Below the pieces are notes generated by a model, which was given only the letters and a program-made list of their open reading frames with translations, did no database searches and was not told the DNA's origin. Source: a virus (taxonomy: Duplodnaviria; Caudoviricetes). Taken from it: a stretch of DNA of 64,000 bases. Position numbers and translations under genes: made by a program. The stretch is from IMG/VR virus record IMGVR_UViG_3300020478_000007, positions 54 through 64,053 of that record. The stretch is one strand, 5' to 3'. Below, one piece after another: positions 30,449-39,940 of this stretch (position 1 is the stretch's first letter; each line of letters begins with the position of its first letter).

Positions 30449-31290
30449 AATTATTAGTAGCAGCGGCTGTAATGGGAGGGGTTTTAGCGGCGGCTCCTGC
30501 TAATGCTCATCATGACAAGATATACACGCCATGTGACACGACAACAGGTCACGTTCACATGTCGTTCGAGGAAGTGTCGGCTCGTGTTTCGATAATGGAA
30601 CAAGAAGGCGTAATCCCTCCTGGGATGATTTCTCGGTATGTCGAAGCACGTGATGGGGGTAAGGGCAACGAAGATCCTCGGTTTGTTTGGGCACGAAACC
30701 TACAAGAAGGGCAAATACTTTCTTTGGGTAACTGGGCAAACGGAGAGCATCCTGAGTTAGAGCAGTTGATGTTCAACTCTGGGTTAGTTGCTGAATGGCA
30801 ATTAGATGCCAACAAACAAGTGCGGCGGTTTGATGATCCTTATTGGCGACAAGCCAATCCGCTATCGCCAGCATTCACAGTGTGGCAATCGTTGTGCATG
30901 GCGAACCTTGGTTATTCAATTCCAATGTTCGAAGTAGACGGTGAAGGCCAATGGGTTTCGAATGTTCCAAGCACTACGACTACAACACCACCAGTGACTA
31001 CAACTACTCAATTAGAAGAAGAGGTACAAAGTGATCCTGTTAGGGAGCCCGAAGAGGCATTGCCTGTATTCAGTGGCGAAACAAAAGATGTGGGATCGAC
31101 ACCAAAGGGCAGTTACGATCTTTTCGATGCCGAGTGGGATGGATACCCGTTCGAAGCCACGGTTAGACTCTTAGAAGATAGATATCCGCCTGGGACACCA
31201 GGGAAGAACCATTTCCGTTTGTCAGCGGCAGTGGAGTTTCTAAGAGGAGGCGGAATGATTAGAGGGTTAGATAATTTGTGGCATGAGTGA
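30445..31290 (+). CDS. Secreted hypothetical protein with Thr-rich linker
   Basis: Signal peptide MKLLVAAAVMGGVLAAAPANA; STTTTTPPVTTTT. Confidence 0.7.
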   Translation: MKLLVAAAVMGGVLAAAPANAHHDKIYTPCDTTTGHVHMSFEEVSARVSIMEQEGVIPPGMISRYVEARDGGKGNEDPRFVWARNLQEGQILSLGNWANGEHPELEQLMFNSGLVAEWQLDANKQVRRFDDPYWRQANPLSPAFTVWQSLCMANLGYSIPMFEVDGEGQWVSNVPSTTTTTPPVTTTTQLEEEVQSDPVREPEEALPVFSGETKDVGSTPKGSYDLFDAEWDGYPFEATVRLLEDRYPPGTPGKNHFRLSAAVEFLRGGGMIRGLDNLWHE

Positions 31291-32866
31291 TAGGAAACCT
31301 AAGTTTGTAAGCGTTCAGTTGATGGGGATCAATGAATTACAAGGAGCCCCTTACAACCCTCGGAAGAGAGACCCTGAGCGTTTCAAACTTGTTACTACCT
31401 CACTCAAGAAACTTGGGTGGTTGCTACCCATGTATGTTACGGATAGAGGCGAGATACTATCCGGCCACCAAAGATTCGATGCCGCTAAGAAATTAGGGGC
31501 AGAACAAGTACCTGTAGTCGTTCTTAAAGATTTAGATCTCGAAAGAAGACGAGGCGCAAACATCGTTTTTAACAGGGCTACCAATGACATGCATAAAACT
31601 GATTCGGGAGGGGAATTGGTTCAAAAGATGCCGATGAGTATCGTGCAAGAAGCCGCAGACGGTTTGCCTGATGTAGAAGTTAAGTCCAACAACTTTTTCC
31701 CGTGTTTAAAAATGGAAGAAGTCGATACTCGTGAACTTATGGGTAAGAACATCACTTCCTTTCTCTCACATGCAATCAGACAAGCGGAGAGTCTCTACCA
31801 CTGGGCTAACACTTCGATACCGATAGTCGCGACGACTAGCGACAAGGTCGTCAATGGCATTGGGAGACTCCAACATGCTTCCGAGGTGGGCATCCCGAAA
31901 GTTCAAGTTCTTCGTGTCGAGGACGAGAAAGCAGAGTTCGCAAAGATAATGCTGAACCAATTGTCAATGGATTTTGATTTAGAAGACAAGTATGCGGACG
32001 TTCTTAGGTACAACTCTTTTAGAAGGGCATCTAACCGACAAGAGTTTCTTATGCCGACGATGTGTTGTGATCTGATTATGGCTACATCTAAATCCGGTAA
32101 GACTCAACGCCCAGCATCGACGTTTAATCCTGAGAACCAAAAGCATGTCATGGCTTGGAAACGTTGGTACGGGGAAACCGTTTTAGATTTTGGGGCGGGG
32201 CTTTTAGACAAGTCAATCATTATGCGCGACGTGATGAATGTAGATTGCGTTGCCTTTGAGCCGTACTACACAGGTGGGAAGGACTCTGGATTTGATGTAG
32301 AGGCAGCGAGGTATATTACTGATGTCTTTCTTCAAAGGGTCGCTGAAGGCACTGAATTCGATGCGATTTTCCTTGCGTCTGTTTTAAACTCAGTTCCTTT
32401 TTCAACTGATAGAGAACATATAGTGAGGCTCGTAAGCGCTTTGTCGTCCCCTGGCACAGTGGTATACGCAGGAGCCATATCGAGGGCCTCAGATCGCTTC
32501 CTTGCGGCTACAGGGGCGAAAGACAACGTATCTAACCATGAAACACAGTTTGATTCCTCATTTTCGGCTGGTTATGAGGACGGAGTGGTTGTTTCTGACC
32601 TAATGAAGCACCCGAAGGCTCAAAAATATTTCACTGTGGATGAATGGCAAGAGTTGTGGAGTTTAGGTTTCTCTCATGTGGAGTCATATCTTTATAAACC
32701 AAATCAGTTGGTTCAGATGATCGCCCGTGATCCATTGCCCATTGATTCATTGAAATTGGTAGAAGCGATCAAGTTCGAATTTGATCTTCCATACCCTGAA
32801 GGGTCATTGGATCGAGTCGAGCAGGCATTGGATGCCTTCTCAGCCAGACTTGAAATGGCGCTCTAG
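31283..32866 (+). CDS. ParB-domain / SAM-dependent transferase fusion
   Basis: APYNPRK..ILSGHQR, second ParB-like VVNGIGRL; VLDFGAG, AFEPY, FLASVLNSV. Confidence 0.85.
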   Translation: MSDRKPKFVSVQLMGINELQGAPYNPRKRDPERFKLVTTSLKKLGWLLPMYVTDRGEILSGHQRFDAAKKLGAEQVPVVVLKDLDLERRRGANIVFNRATNDMHKTDSGGELVQKMPMSIVQEAADGLPDVEVKSNNFFPCLKMEEVDTRELMGKNITSFLSHAIRQAESLYHWANTSIPIVATTSDKVVNGIGRLQHASEVGIPKVQVLRVEDEKAEFAKIMLNQLSMDFDLEDKYADVLRYNSFRRASNRQEFLMPTMCCDLIMATSKSGKTQRPASTFNPENQKHVMAWKRWYGETVLDFGAGLLDKSIIMRDVMNVDCVAFEPYYTGGKDSGFDVEAARYITDVFLQRVAEGTEFDAIFLASVLNSVPFSTDREHIVRLVSALSSPGTVVYAGAISRASDRFLAATGAKDNVSNHETQFDSSFSAGYEDGVVVSDLMKHPKAQKYFTVDEWQELWSLGFSHVESYLYKPNQLVQMIARDPLPIDSLKLVEAIKFEFDLPYPEGSLDRVEQALDAFSARLEMAL

Positions 32867-32875
32867 GATAAGGGT

Positions 32876-33514
32876 ATGCCTTACCGAATAACAGAAAGCC
32901 ATCCGAAGTGTTCGGGTTATGCCGTCGTGAAGAAAGACGGCGGTCGTTTAATGGGCTGCCATAAGACAAAGAAGAAAGCGCAAGCACAATTAACAGCGCT
33001 TAATCTCAATGAAGGTGGCCCAGGGTATAAAGGTGAAGTCGTGTTCGGACCTAGTGGTCGGATAATTCTTCAAGATCTCAATGTCGCTTTGTCTAGCAAT
33101 TTCAAAGAGATGCAAAAGAACCGGCCAATGTCGAATTTCGTGCAGAACGTCGAAGAATACCGCCCGTGGATCGTTGACCTTTTGAAAAACGAGCATGTGG
33201 TTCTAGTCACAGCACGCTCTATTGCTTATGAAGACATGACTTTAGAGCGCATTAAAAGCCAGACAGGCTGGATGCCAGATGATTGGTGTTTTAACCCATG
33301 GGAAGACCCAGGTGGTAAAGGCGCATTAAGGGCACACCGTGCAAAAGCCAAATATTTGAAGGAAATAATTTTCCCGAAATATGGAGACGACCCGTCAATG
33401 TATTTCGCTATTGAGTCAAACAAGTTCTCTCGGGCAATGTACAAAGCAAATGGGATTGAGTGTCGTGACGCAAATCGTGACGATTCGCAACCCTGGAAGA
33501 CTTTATTGCCGTAA
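32876..33514 (+). CDS. HAD-like phosphatase-fold protein with small N-terminal phage domain
   Basis: ILQDLNVAL, VVLVTAR, KAKYL, AIES; N-terminal GCH..KKAQAQLTAL domain. Confidence 0.55.
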   Translation: MPYRITESHPKCSGYAVVKKDGGRLMGCHKTKKKAQAQLTALNLNEGGPGYKGEVVFGPSGRIILQDLNVALSSNFKEMQKNRPMSNFVQNVEEYRPWIVDLLKNEHVVLVTARSIAYEDMTLERIKSQTGWMPDDWCFNPWEDPGGKGALRAHRAKAKYLKEIIFPKYGDDPSMYFAIESNKFSRAMYKANGIECRDANRDDSQPWKTLLP

Positions 33515-33523
33515 ACTCGTCCT

Positions 33524-34234
33524 ATGCGGGATGAGACAATGCCAGAGGGGCCGTGGGAATTTGATAAGGGGGTTACTGAAGTGTTTGAGGACATGCTCGA
33601 ACGCAGCATTCCTGACTATGAGAAGATGCGGAATGCGTCGTCGGCTTTAGCGTTTGCTTCGGGCCCTGTTGACCGTGTCTTAGATATTGGTTGTTCTAAT
33701 GGCTTGGCTTTAAGGCGACTAGACAAGTATGCAGAGGTGGAAGGGCACAAGATAAACCGTTTGATAGGGCTAGATGTATCAGAGCCGATGCTTGAAAAAG
33801 CGGCAGAAGAGTGTCCCGATAATAACCGTTATTATTTTCTTAACCATGATTTGAGAGAACACTTTCCTTTCCCGCATGATTCTTTTGACGTGGTTTTAAG
33901 CGTTTTAACGCTCCAGTTTGTGCCGATTGTTCATAGGTTGAGGATCATGGATGAGGTGCACAGGATTTTGACACCTGGCGGAAGACTGATATTTGTAGAG
34001 AAGGTGCTCGGGAACGGGGTATTGCAAGACAACATGGTAGAGGTGTACCACGACCATAAAAGAGAGATGGGGTACACAGAGGAACAAATAGAGCGGAAAA
34101 AGTTAAGTTTGGAAGGCGTCATGGTCCCAATAACATCCTCATGGAATGAAGAATTACTGGATAAGGCGGGCTTTGCTGTCCGTGATTGTTTCTGGCGGTG
34201 GATGAACTTCTCTGGATGGGTGGCAATAAAGTGA
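33524..34234 (+). CDS. cmoA: CmoA-like (carboxy-SAM synthase family) protein
   Basis: WEFDKGVTEVFEDMLERSIPDY, LDIGCSNG, LTLQF, FVEK, SLEGVMVP, WMNF. Confidence 0.8.
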   Translation: MRDETMPEGPWEFDKGVTEVFEDMLERSIPDYEKMRNASSALAFASGPVDRVLDIGCSNGLALRRLDKYAEVEGHKINRLIGLDVSEPMLEKAAEECPDNNRYYFLNHDLREHFPFPHDSFDVVLSVLTLQFVPIVHRLRIMDEVHRILTPGGRLIFVEKVLGNGVLQDNMVEVYHDHKREMGYTEEQIERKKLSLEGVMVPITSSWNEELLDKAGFAVRDCFWRWMNFSGWVAIK

Positions 34235-34878
34235 AAGATCCAGCACGTCCAGCAGGCAAATTGATATTGCCTAAAGAAAAACGAGAGATGCTTCTCAAAT
34301 TGATTTCAGCAGGGAATTACCAACGGACTGCTTGTCGAGCAGCAGGGGTTTCTGAATGGACGTTTAACGATTGGCGTAAAAAGGGGGAACAGGCACGTGA
34401 AGACAAAGACAATGGGATTGCGCTCTCAGAAACGCAAGAAGAATTACTCTGGTTCGTTGACGAACTTGACGAAGCCCGTGCAAAAGCCGAAGCAGCACTC
34501 GTTGCACGTTGGTATAACGAAGCCGCAGACGGAGACTGGAGGGCGGCTGAAAGGTTCTTGGCAAAAGCATTCCCAGAAAGATGGGCAGATCCTGCGACTC
34601 GTTTGGAAGTTACAGGCGCACAAGGAGGGCCAGTAGCGCAACTTTCTGCCCATATGCATGTTCTTACTGAAGCAGATGGTGAGAAACAGCGTAAAGTATT
34701 AGAAGCGCTAGTTGAATCAGGCGATTTGCCAGAAAATGTTTTGGAGGCATGGGATGGAGAAGACGGAGACGAGGGACAAATTATCGACGCTGATGTCGTA
34801 CAAGACCCCGTGCAATCTCCTGATTCCGCACACTCCTCACCCGAAACAGCAAGCCTTCCTGACGTGGAACACGACTAG
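34231..34878 (+). CDS. terS: Terminase small subunit
   Basis: ACRAAGVSEWTFNDW HTH, GDWRAAERFL, LEVTGAQGGPV; upstream of terL. Confidence 0.85.
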   Translation: MKDPARPAGKLILPKEKREMLLKLISAGNYQRTACRAAGVSEWTFNDWRKKGEQAREDKDNGIALSETQEELLWFVDELDEARAKAEAALVARWYNEAADGDWRAAERFLAKAFPERWADPATRLEVTGAQGGPVAQLSAHMHVLTEADGEKQRKVLEALVESGDLPENVLEAWDGEDGDEGQIIDADVVQDPVQSPDSAHSSPETASLPDVEHD

Positions 34879-36088
34879 GGAAGCACTATTTGGGGGAGCG
34901 GCAGGTGGTGGAAAATCTGACACGCTACTATTCGCTGCTCTCCAGTACGTTTGTGTTCCTGGTTACTCAGCCCTCCTCCTTAGGCAGACGTTTCCTCAAC
35001 TTTCCGGTCCTGATGGTTTTATCGACAGAACTACAGAGTGGTTAAAGTCAGTATCTGATTACAACGTAACTAACAAACGGTGGACATTCGATTCTGGGGC
35101 CACGCTGACATTAGGGCACTGCGAAAGAGACGAAGATAGGTATAACTTCCAGTCTTTCGCTTATCAATTTGTTGGCGTTGACGAGTTAACTCAGTGGGGA
35201 ACAGACCGAGTGTATTTGTATGTCGGGTTCTCTCGTGTGCGTAAACCTAATCCCGATCCTTCTTTAAGAGCATGCCCGCATTGTGGGATGACACTTGCGG
35301 ACGTCCCATTAAGAGTTAGGGCTGCTACGAACCCTGGAGGTAGAGGAAACGATTGGGTCTATGACCGTTTTGTTTTGAACAACACGAACGACAGAAAGTT
35401 CATGCCAGCAAGGATCACGGATAACCCCTCATTAGACAGAGAAGCCTACGAAGCAAGCCTTATGGAGTTAGACGCTGTGGAGCGTGCACGCTTATTGGAA
35501 GGCAATTGGGAGGTATCTGAAAAAGGAGGCATGTTTGAGCATGACTGGTTTGAAACTGTTGACAGAGTGCCAGAACTAGATGACATGAAAAAAATTCGTT
35601 TCTGGGATTTAGCAGCAACAGCAAACGCTAAAGGCAAAGACCCTGACTGGACAGTTGGTGCACTAGTCGGCATATCCGATGGAAGGTATTACGTTCTAGA
35701 CATACAGCGGTTAAGGGGAACCCCAGCAGAGGTAGAGCGACGAATTCTTATGACAGCGCAACAAGACGATACGAAAACAGATATTTGGATGGAGCAAGAA
35801 CCAGGGGCGAGTGGCGTGAACACGATTGATTATTACGCAAGAAGAGTGCTCGTTGGTTACCCGTTTAAAGGGATTAGGTCGTCTGGTAGCAAAGAAGAAC
35901 GTGCCCGAGTGTTTTCGACCGCATGCGAAATGGGCAATGTTAAACTGTTGAGAGGACGTTGGACAAAAACGCTTATAGATGAGTGTGTCCAATTTCCGAA
36001 GGGGAGTCATGACGATCAGGTTGATGCCGTATCAGGGGCGATCAATCATTTGTCAAAGAGGAAAGCCAAAGTGAGATTGATTTTATGA
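34754..36088 (+). CDS. terL: Terminase large subunit
   Basis: PHPKQ, GGAAGGGKS, VDELTQ, ATNPGG, WDLA, PDWTVG, HDDQVDA. Confidence 0.96.
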   Translation: MEKTETRDKLSTLMSYKTPCNLLIPHTPHPKQQAFLTWNTTREALFGGAAGGGKSDTLLFAALQYVCVPGYSALLLRQTFPQLSGPDGFIDRTTEWLKSVSDYNVTNKRWTFDSGATLTLGHCERDEDRYNFQSFAYQFVGVDELTQWGTDRVYLYVGFSRVRKPNPDPSLRACPHCGMTLADVPLRVRAATNPGGRGNDWVYDRFVLNNTNDRKFMPARITDNPSLDREAYEASLMELDAVERARLLEGNWEVSEKGGMFEHDWFETVDRVPELDDMKKIRFWDLAATANAKGKDPDWTVGALVGISDGRYYVLDIQRLRGTPAEVERRILMTAQQDDTKTDIWMEQEPGASGVNTIDYYARRVLVGYPFKGIRSSGSKEERARVFSTACEMGNVKLLRGRWTKTLIDECVQFPKGSHDDQVDAVSGAINHLSKRKAKVRLIL

Positions 36089-36525
36089 ACCCATATGAAA
36101 TACAAAGACGGATGGTTAAAGCATGTGCTTTGGTGGACAAAGCAGAGGAACTCGGATTTTTGCCAGATGAGTTAGCGAAAGAACATCCTAAAGCCAGAGA
36201 AACATTAGCCAAGATGTGTGGCGTTAAACCACCTTCGTTGGAAACGTGGGAGATGGTCGTAGATCTATTGGATAAACGTGTCTCTTATGAAGGGGAAGGC
36301 GGTTTAGATGATCCTCGGTTTATCCAACATCTGGGCTCTATGGCTGTTGAGATAACTGAAACACTTATCAAGCACAACGTTGACAGCGGTGAAGCAGCGA
36401 ACCTTTCAAAGAGCGAAAAACGCCGTGTAGCGAGGATGTCGAAGGCTAGCGATGATGAAAGAACATTTGAGTTGGGGCAGAAGTTCTTAGAGATGCGTGA
36501 AGAGCATAGGCTTAAAGGGACATGA
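36085..36525 (+). CDS. Hypothetical protein
   Basis: Coupled to terL. Confidence 0.7.
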   Translation: MNPYEIQRRMVKACALVDKAEELGFLPDELAKEHPKARETLAKMCGVKPPSLETWEMVVDLLDKRVSYEGEGGLDDPRFIQHLGSMAVEITETLIKHNVDSGEAANLSKSEKRRVARMSKASDDERTFELGQKFLEMREEHRLKGT

Positions 36526-37055
36526 ATACTTTCGTTTCGGTTCCCTTTTGGTCTGCTGAGAAATGTGATGCGATTGTGGAGCGGGTAGGGAAAACCGCTG
36601 GGCATGAAGTGTTGACTAGCGTTAAAGGGGAAGCCCCTGTAGTTGATAAGTCGGTGCGTCAAGCCGATATGCATGGGATGAATGATCCATCAATAAACGA
36701 CGAAATATTGGAGTGGGTGTTAAGTAACAACGAATGGGGATTCGAGTTAGGTGGAGGGTTGCCTTCTGTCGAAGTCCTCCATTATGTAGAGGGCGGTTTC
36801 CAACAAGCGCACACCGACTGGGGTGGCACTCATAATAAAAGAAAATTGTCCTTTTCTATCCAATTGTCGCCGCCTGCCAGTTATGAAGGTGGGGAGTTGA
36901 TCCTGCATGATGGTCCTCGGCCTTGGATGGCTGATATGACGCAGGGTTCTATCACTTTGTTTCCTTCGTGGACATTGCATTCAGTTCAAGAGGTAACGGC
37001 AGGTGAGAGATGGTCTGCTGTTGGGTGGCTTCTTGGTGGGAGTTCTTATGTCTAG
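36522..37055 (+). CDS. PKHD-type Fe(II)/2OG oxygenase
   Basis: HTD, RKLSFSIQLS, YEGGEL, FPSWTLH, GERWS. Confidence 0.92.
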   Translation: MNTFVSVPFWSAEKCDAIVERVGKTAGHEVLTSVKGEAPVVDKSVRQADMHGMNDPSINDEILEWVLSNNEWGFELGGGLPSVEVLHYVEGGFQQAHTDWGGTHNKRKLSFSIQLSPPASYEGGELILHDGPRPWMADMTQGSITLFPSWTLHSVQEVTAGERWSAVGWLLGGSSYV

Positions 37056-37635
37056 TGTTTTTGTGACAGAACCAATATTCTCACCTAGCGAGTGCAACGA
37101 AATTATTGAGTCAGTTAATAAGAAAAAAAACATTGAGTTTCAAAATTGCTGTCCTCCTGGTGTTTGCCGTTACGCAGAAACAGAGGGGTTAGAAGAGTTC
37201 CACGGTCAATGTGGTTACAACCTGAGACAGTCTCTTAGTTTGCAATATGATCAATTCCCTTTTGTGTTCCAAAAGTTTTACGACGTTGCAGAGTATTACA
37301 ACGACAAGTATTACGGTTTTGAAATTGAGAGCGTGTCAGAAATCCATATAAATAAGTACGCAGCAAGTGACAGACAATTAGAGGCTCATATTGATTGGGG
37401 ACATGTTTTACCAACTAAACGGAAAATCACGGTCTCTATGTCACTGTCGCCTTTAAGCGCTTATGAAGGTGGCATTCTAAGTTGTTATGAAACTGATCAA
37501 CCTGTCATAGGTGCTATCGAGCAAGGTGCTGCGACGGTATTCCCTTCTTGGACACTCCATGAGTTGTCTCGGATTACCTCAGGCGAACGTTATTCCGCTG
37601 TGGGATGGATTGTTGGGACTAACTCATTTAGATAG
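37048..37635 (+). CDS. PKHD-type Fe(II)/2OG oxygenase
   Basis: HID, RKITVS, YEGG, FPSWTLH, GERYS. Confidence 0.9.
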   Translation: MSSVFVTEPIFSPSECNEIIESVNKKKNIEFQNCCPPGVCRYAETEGLEEFHGQCGYNLRQSLSLQYDQFPFVFQKFYDVAEYYNDKYYGFEIESVSEIHINKYAASDRQLEAHIDWGHVLPTKRKITVSMSLSPLSAYEGGILSCYETDQPVIGAIEQGAATVFPSWTLHELSRITSGERYSAVGWIVGTNSFR

Positions 37636-38715
37636 CGAGTAGCCTTGTTTCTCGAACACTTCGTCGCCTTCTTTAAACCTGTCGCCGCCTGATTTGTTTA
37701 ATCCTTCACCTTCTAAGGGCCGGTTTTGGGCTATTGGGTTGTAATAAAAAGGCTGGTTGTCCCATTGGGGGGATTTTTTGAAGACTTCAGTGTAGTCATC
37801 GTGGAGGGTGTTTAACCAAACTGGTTGCGTCCATGAGTTGGTCATGTGTGGTTCTGCAACGTCGGGATCTGGGAGGCCATTGGTGCCTTGCCCGAAAGCA
37901 CATAGGTAGGCGTGACGGTCCCCACTTTCGACTGTTGTAATTTCGTGCATTCCCATAAAGTTCGCAGGAAAGATTATGACGTCCCCAGCGTCTAGATCGA
38001 GATCTAGGTCAAAGTACGGGAATTTGAAAACACCGCCTGTGTAATCTCGGCCTGATTGACTTAAGTTGCAAGTAACGGAGATTGTCTGTCTGGAGGGGAA
38101 TTCACTCATTGGGTGGTACCGTTTCCCGTTTACAGTTCGGTAGTTGGTGTCGCAATCAGCGTGTGCGCCTATGTGTCCTGTCGTCCTGTAGCGCATGAAG
38201 TGTCCACGTGTACGCCACCAGAGTTGGTTGACGATATAAGGGTACTTATCGATGTAAAGCATTAAACACTTGTACACCGTGTCTTCCCAGTCATGGAATA
38301 TGTCTGTAAATTCTTTTGGTGTCCCGTCGTGCCCTTCTCTGGCTATGTCAGTGATGCAGTGCAGCATCCGTATCGGGGCAGTTTCAACTTGCTCAGGAGT
38401 GAACTTGTTGTCGTCTTCATTAAGGGCATAGGGTTTCCCGGCTTCGTCTTCGAAGTATCGCCAGCGTCTACCGTGCGCTATTTCTGATTGTTCGTTAAGC
38501 CATGGTTCCAAAGCGTCCCATTTGCTCATGTCGAGAGCCCCGTGGAATACGGAGATACCGCCTACATGGTGGGTGGAAGGCCATTGAAGTATGTCTTCGG
38601 CTATCTCAGCGGTTATTTGGGGGGTGCGCCCATAAAAAAAATTATGCGTGTTCCCATCCTGGGCCTGCTTTCCAGCCTCTGGCCCGTTTAAGTTCGGCGA
38701 GGGTGAAAGTGTCAT
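37624..38715 (-). CDS. Fe(II)/2OG oxygenase (WWxxRGH paralog family)
   Basis: QLWWRTRGH, HAD, FPANFMGMH, FGQG. Confidence 0.88.
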   Translation of the reverse strand: MTLSPSPNLNGPEAGKQAQDGNTHNFFYGRTPQITAEIAEDILQWPSTHHVGGISVFHGALDMSKWDALEPWLNEQSEIAHGRRWRYFEDEAGKPYALNEDDNKFTPEQVETAPIRMLHCITDIAREGHDGTPKEFTDIFHDWEDTVYKCLMLYIDKYPYIVNQLWWRTRGHFMRYRTTGHIGAHADCDTNYRTVNGKRYHPMSEFPSRQTISVTCNLSQSGRDYTGGVFKFPYFDLDLDLDAGDVIIFPANFMGMHEITTVESGDRHAYLCAFGQGTNGLPDPDVAEPHMTNSWTQPVWLNTLHDDYTEVFKKSPQWDNQPFYYNPIAQNRPLEGEGLNKSGGDRFKEGDEVFEKQGYSLSK

Positions 38716-38899
38716 GTTCTGATCTTACCTTCCCTCTGACGGCATTCTTGAAATTCTCTGTTTTAGTCTCGATCGTTTGTTCTTCGGCGCGCTTTTTCTT
38801 ACGGCGCATCCTCTCATTGAACGAATGTGCGGCTTTGCAGTCAACGCATCTACAGCCGCGCATATACGACGATTCAGTCCCTGTACATTTGATTGTCAA
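38642..38899 (-). CDS. Zinc-finger protein
   Basis: GTESSYMRGCRCVDC. Confidence 0.65.
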   Translation of the reverse strand: MTIKCTGTESSYMRGCRCVDCKAAHSFNERMRRKKKRAEEQTIETKTENFKNAVRGKVRSEHDTFTLAELKRARGWKAGPGWEHA

Positions 38900-38907
38900 T
38901 TCTTCCC

Positions 38908-39174
38908 CTAGAGCATTCGGGCTATGGACTCTGCCTTTGCAGCAAGTTCGAACATACCATGCTCTTCGAAAGTAGTGCTGATATTTCCCAGTAAATCTTT
39001 CAAGTTTTTGATGGTTGTCTTGGGAACGGTTACGAATTCTGGGGCGACTGGTTTGTCGGGTGTACGACGAGGGGTGGCGAAAGCGAATGGTGTGTTTATC
39101 GGGTTGTTGCTGTCAGCGGGGTTGTTCATTCTCCCACCTTGTTCGCTTCCAGGGCTAAAAGGGTTGTTTCGCAT
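38908..39174 (-). CDS. Hypothetical protein
   Basis: ORF in reverse operon. Confidence 0.6.
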   Translation of the reverse strand: MRNNPFSPGSEQGGRMNNPADSNNPINTPFAFATPRRTPDKPVAPEFVTVPKTTIKNLKDLLGNISTTFEEHGMFELAAKAESIARML

Positions 39175-39176
39175 AT

Positions 39177-39560
39177 TTAAATGGCCTTTTCGAGTTCTAA
39201 AGTAATCACTTGGGCTACTTGCCCAGTGTTTGTATATAAAGAATTGTGGTGGATGGTCCCGACTCGGAGAAGTTCTAGTTGTTCCTTGGTGGTTATTTCA
39301 ACTATTTTGCCTTTCCAAGCAATCACGGGGGAGCCAGGGCGAGTGCTGAACGTCGCGTATTCTGGTTGTTCTCCCCACGAGTTATGTGAGTAACGCCCGA
39401 ACATTGCCGCTGTTTTTCGGGTGGCGTTGGGTAGGTGAAGCAGGCGAGCGACTTTCACTATGCGACGTCTGCCGTCTGCCTCTCTAAGCGAAGCGTGGAT
39501 TGCCACAGCCTCGGGTTCGATCGTATATTTCATTGTGACCTCCGTATAGGATGTCTTCAC
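39177..39560 (-). CDS. Hypothetical protein
   Basis: ORF in reverse operon; start possibly at MKYTIEP. Confidence 0.6.
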   Translation of the reverse strand: MKTSYTEVTMKYTIEPEAVAIHASLREADGRRRIVKVARLLHLPNATRKTAAMFGRYSHNSWGEQPEYATFSTRPGSPVIAWKGKIVEITTKEQLELLRVGTIHHNSLYTNTGQVAQVITLELEKAI

Positions 39561-39687
39561 CTTTAAGTATAAGCGAAAATTTTAGTTTGCAAGCGATGGT
39601 TAAGTCTTCATATCCGAAAAAGTGTGGGAATCTATTAAACCGGCGAGTGTCCAGGGGGCTACATGTCTGACGTAAAAGAAGGTAAAT

Positions 39688-39891
39688 GTGACTACTGTCA
39701 ATGCGAATCCTGTCCTTGTGACTGCAACCACTGCGACTGTTGCGGACATCGAGACGGCCATCAAGCGGTTTGAATCTCTGTTAAACGATATCGAAGCAGA
39801 GTTAGAAATTCGGGAACCCATAGAGCCTGAAAAAACAGCGGTTAGTCAACATATTCGCCGTGCTCCCTCATTACGCCGCCGATTCGAGTAG
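39688..39891 (+). CDS. Hypothetical protein
   Basis: GAAGG RBS, GTG start. Confidence 0.5.
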   Translation: MTTVNANPVLVTATTATVADIETAIKRFESLLNDIEAELEIREPIEPEKTAVSQHIRRAPSLRRRFE

Positions 39892-39940
39892 GCTAACTCT
39901 TACGGCCCTAGTGGCCATTAAATCGATATAGGAGCAGGGG

